From contig NIVC01001322.1 of NCBI GenBank assembly GCA_002269645.1, positions 1-64,000 of the forward strand: a stretch of 64,000 bases of DNA. Reading direction: 5' to 3'. The notes beneath the pieces are model-generated. The model made no database searches, was not told where the DNA came from, and saw only the letters and a list, made by a program, of their open reading frames with translations. This document shows positions 59,973-64,000 of the stretch, one piece after another. The translations under genes and the position numbers were made by a program. The DNA comes from Macrostomum lignano (lineage: Eukaryota). Within the stretch, counting starts at the first letter, position 1. Each line of letters starts with the position of its first letter.

Positions 59973-62774
59973 TCAACGAGCACTCGGCGGTTTCATCTGC
60001 ATGGTCTTGAAGAAGTCGCCGCCCCTGTACTTCTGCGCGGTTTCGGCCGCCTCAGGCCGGACGCGGGGCCCGGCACGCGCCGATGATGGCGCCGCGGCGC
60101 CAGTGATAACCAGCGACGCCGTGCCGCGATTCCTCGCCGCGTGTTCCTCTGCCAAGCCGGAGGTTGCCTTCGACTTGCGCGGCGGTTCCGGTGGCATATT
60201 CGAGCTGCCCAGCAGGGCTTTGGCGGCGTCGCCGCGGCCTTTGGCTGCGAGCTCCTTGGCTACGTCGGACTTTAGCGCGCGCTCGTGCGTCTTGTGATCT
60301 TTCGGCGGAGCCCGGTAGTCTGTGTCGCCTAGGCAACTGTCCATGACGCCCCGGTTGCGCTCGGCCGCCTGTTTAGAGTGATGGTGCGATAGGGGGACAA
60401 TGGAATCAATATTTTCAGGAAGCCTGGGGCCACCCTGGCGCAAGGCCTTCGGTGACAGCGTCTCACAACCATTGCTGACAGCAATTCTGCACCTTTTGTG
60501 CTGTCTCGATAGACTAACAGAGGAAAAACAAACGAGTACTTAGGCAGGTAAGACTTTTGCCGGAAAACCAGAACAAGAGCTCCCTTAGGACAACCCACGC
60601 TTATATTTGACATCTAACAATAAATTATTACACGATTAATAAATTAGAAACCCCAAAATGTCACGTGATTCCAAAATACATTATACGAATGATTTATGAA
60701 CTGCACTACTTTAAGTAGAGTAGTAAGAAAAAAATACCCTATTTAGTTAGTCAGAAAAACGGCCCTTTTACGGGCTCCTTGCCACGACACAACACTTTGT
60801 GCCTTTGGGGGTTGGCCCTTATGGGTGTAAAAACCAGGACGAGATCCCGGAAAATTTTGGTGCCTCCAGGCTAAGTCAGCCTCCATCCACTCCCTGTTGA
60901 ATAAATTCAAACAAAATAATCAATATGGGCCATTCCGTCAGTTAAATGCGCAGCTTTTATATCAGTAGTGCGTTGCAACAATTGTCAGCATTTTGTTTCT
61001 GGAAAATTTTATAAGAAAACCAGTTCGTGTCAAGGTACTCAGCAACCTCAATACTGCTTTGGAAGAAAGCATGCTACTTTTGTCCTATCCCATTGATCCC
61101 ACTCGAATCCCCATTGATTCCACTCAAAAACCATTGATCCCACTCGAATCCCCATTGATTCCACCCAAACACCATTGATCCCACTCGAATCCCCATTGAT
61201 TCCACCCAAACACCATTGATCCCACTCGAATCCCCATTGATTCCACTCAAACATCATTGATTCCACTCAAATCCCATTGATTCCACTCAAACATCATTGA
61301 TCCCACTTGAATCCGCATTGATTCCACTCAAACATCATTGATCCCACTTGAATCCCATTGATCCCACTCAAACATTATTGGTCCCACTCAAACATCATTG
61401 ATCTCACTTGAATTCCACTGATCCCACTCAAACATCATTGATTCCACTTAAATCCCATCGATTACACTTAAATCCAGTTAAATCCAAATAAAACCTGAGG
61501 GACCAAATTAAAAGCACCCTCAATGATTTCATTCCCTTTAAAAGTACGGATCAAACTACACCAACCTCCTGGGCGGGCCCCGGACGAACTCTGGGCTGAG
61601 GCCGTGGCGAGCTGTACTGCCGGTTCTGTTCCTGGTTGAACCACTGCGACATCTGGCCTTTGGCTCGGTTGGCGAACTCTTCAGCCTCCGGCCTGGTCTT
61701 CCTGACAACCCGAGCATCCGCTGCCTGCTCGGCCGCCGATGCTGCCGACGAACTCACGCCGATGTGCCCGCGGGTGTTGCGCTGGTACACCTCCTGGGCC
61801 AAGTCGCCCTTCACCTTGGCGGCCGCGACTGGTGGCTCTTGGTGGCTGGCGCCGCGTGAATAATCAAAGCAGTCGCGCATCTGCGAGCCCTGCAGCGATC
61901 AGGTTCAATGTTGCAGCGCAGTGAGAAATTGGGATGGGTGAGATGGGGAGAGATAGTGAGAAACGGAAAAGAGATAGGGGAAAGATTGAGAGAGATGAGG
62001 AGAGGTGAGATAAAGGAATTTTAGGAGAGTGTTTGGCATGAGGCCAAGAAGGAAAGACTATAGAATAAGCTCTTAGTACGAGCTAGAAGATATAAGGAGG
62101 AATATCGAATACAGATGATAAACAATGAGAGTATTGGCGCTAATGAAGACTACCAAAATGTTTCAAATCAACGATAAAGCATCGGCAGCGCTATTCAACT
62201 CTCAATTACCTTCGAAGAGGCCTCGTAGTTGGCCAACGAGCTGCTGGTGGGGCACCGGTGGCCGTACACAGCAACACCATCCTCAGCCGGATCTACTTTG
62301 CGCGTCATCCAGTCAGTGCCAGTCCCGTGCCGGTTCCGCTCGGCGTATTCAGCGCCTTCGCCTCTAGTCCGCGAGGACGGGCGCGTTGAAGGCGCCGTAG
62401 TCGGTCGGGCGTCGTGTCGGTACCAGTCGGCCTGGGAGCGCATCGACCTGGCGATCTCGCGTCCAGCCTCGGACGTGCACTTTGGCCCGGGCGCCGCCTG
62501 CGGGTCCGGCTTCTTGTTGTGATCGAACCAGTCGCCCTCGCGAGCCTGGTTGGCACGCTGCATCAGCTCCACATTAGACGGTGGATAAACTTTAACTGGA
62601 CGCGGCTTCGGCCTGAACGCGTAATTGCCGTGGAAGTCGAACCACTTGTCCTCCTGGTTGTTGAACTTGTCGGCGATGCGTCTGGCGTCCTCGTCGCGCA
62701 GTCGAACTGGCGCCGGCGCGTCGTCCGGCGGCAGGCGGTAGTTGTGGAACACCTCGCCGACTGTCGGCTTGTTT
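59973..62774 (-). CDS. Uncharacterised short-repeat protein; exons 62210-62774, about 61566-61889 and about 59973-60510; 5' exon(s) not identified
   Basis: GC-rich open frames; CAG acceptors at 62775 and 61890; donor AAG|GTAATT at 62209 gives in-frame SSK|GSQM; one motif repeats across all three exons. The exon 2/3 junction is unresolved. Confidence 0.7.
61090..61480. repeat. Intronic 20-22-bp alternating minisatellite (CCCATTGATCCCACTCGAAT / CCCATTGATTCCACTCAAACA)
   Basis: Direct reading. Confidence 0.9.
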
Positions 62775-63075
62775 CTGATGGTAAGAAGCAATGCTATGTA
62801 GCTAAATAATTTTGACTATAAGCAGCGATCTAGAGCCAGATAGCAGCTTCCAATTTACACATTTTACTGAATTTACCGCAACTTCGGTTTGATTAAACCG
62901 AGTTTTGTTAATTTGGCTTTATCCGACAAAAATATGCAATACGTATCTAACTGTGGTCACCCAGCTGACATCGTCCTAGCACCAGTTGCGAGGCAATTCT
63001 GCTCATTCCGCCGACTCCTGAGCATATTAAACGCGACAATGCAGTTATGCAGGCACGCACTCATACATGCTCACA

Positions 63076-64000
63076 CATACTCATACACAATCTCACGCAT
63101 ACTCATACACAATCTCATGCATACTCATACACAATCTCACGCATACTCATACACAATCTCACGCATACTCATACACAATCTCACGCATACTCATACACAA
63201 TCTCACGCATACTCATACACAATCTCACGCATACTCATACACAATCTCACGCATACTCATACACAATCTCACACATACTCATACACAATCTCACGCATAC
63301 TCATACACAATCTCACACATACTCATACACAATCTCACGCATACTCATACACAATCTCACGCATACTCATACACAATCTCACGCATACTCATACACAATC
63401 TCACGCATACTCATACACAATCTCACGCATACTCATACACAATCTCACGCATACTCATACACAATCTCACGCATACTCATACACAATCTCACGCATACTC
63501 ATACACAATCTCACGCATACTCATACACAGTCTCACGCATACTCATACACAATCTCACGCATACTCATACACAATCTCACGCATACTCATACACAATCTC
63601 ACACATACTCATACACAATCTCACGCATACTCATACACAATCTCACGCATACTCATACACAATCTCACGCATACTCATACACAATCTCACGCATACTCAT
63701 ACACAATCTCACGCATACTCATACACAATCTCACGCATACTCATACACAATCTCACGCATACTCATACACAATCTCACGCATACTCATACACAATCTCAC
63801 GCATACTCATACACAATCTCACGCATACTCATACACAATCTCACGCATACTCATACACAATCTCACGCATACTCATACACAATCTCACGCATACTCATAC
63901 ACAATCTCACGCATACTCATACACAATCTCACGCATACTCATACACAATCTCACGCATACTCATACACAATCTCACGCATACTCATACACAATCTCACGC
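63076..64000. repeat. 22-bp satellite (CATACTCATACACAATCTCACG), about 42 copies, runs off the window
   Basis: Direct reading; highly homogeneous. Confidence 0.97.

Noticed and set aside
43100-64000. CRISPR-like arrays
   Set aside because: The 22- and 33-bp arrays are contiguous tandem repeats with no unique spacers, there are no cas genes, and the context is eukaryotic

Overview
Eukaryotic (animal, most likely invertebrate) genomic DNA with GT-AG introns and TTAGGG-type telomeric repeats. It is dominated by transposable elements and tandem repeats. From left to right: (1) a decayed Tc1/mariner transposase and an internally deleted Ty3/Gypsy element. (2) Two paralogous minus-strand genes, each encoding two WSC domains, separated by CORE-SINE, RTE and PHD-ORF1 fragments. 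(3) A 31.1-kb gap-free, same-orientation array of 15 non-autonomous Helitron-like elements (14773-45900). It is inserted at an A|T site in the second copy of the WSC duplication, and each unit carries one telomeric tract. (4) An I-clade LINE remnant, followed by a 5.4-kb Gypsy element whose 3' LTR encloses a Crypton/DUF3504-like tyrosine-recombinase fragment. (5) A two-exon GT31 galactosyltransferase-like gene. (6) A multi-exon gene for an uncharacterised short-repeat protein, and several 21-33-bp satellites. The most striking signal is the Helitron array: nine units lack the 5' TCTA and nine TCTA tetramers are stacked at the left edge, as expected if elements repeatedly inserted into the 5' end of the previous one. 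All calls are by eye; no database searches were run.
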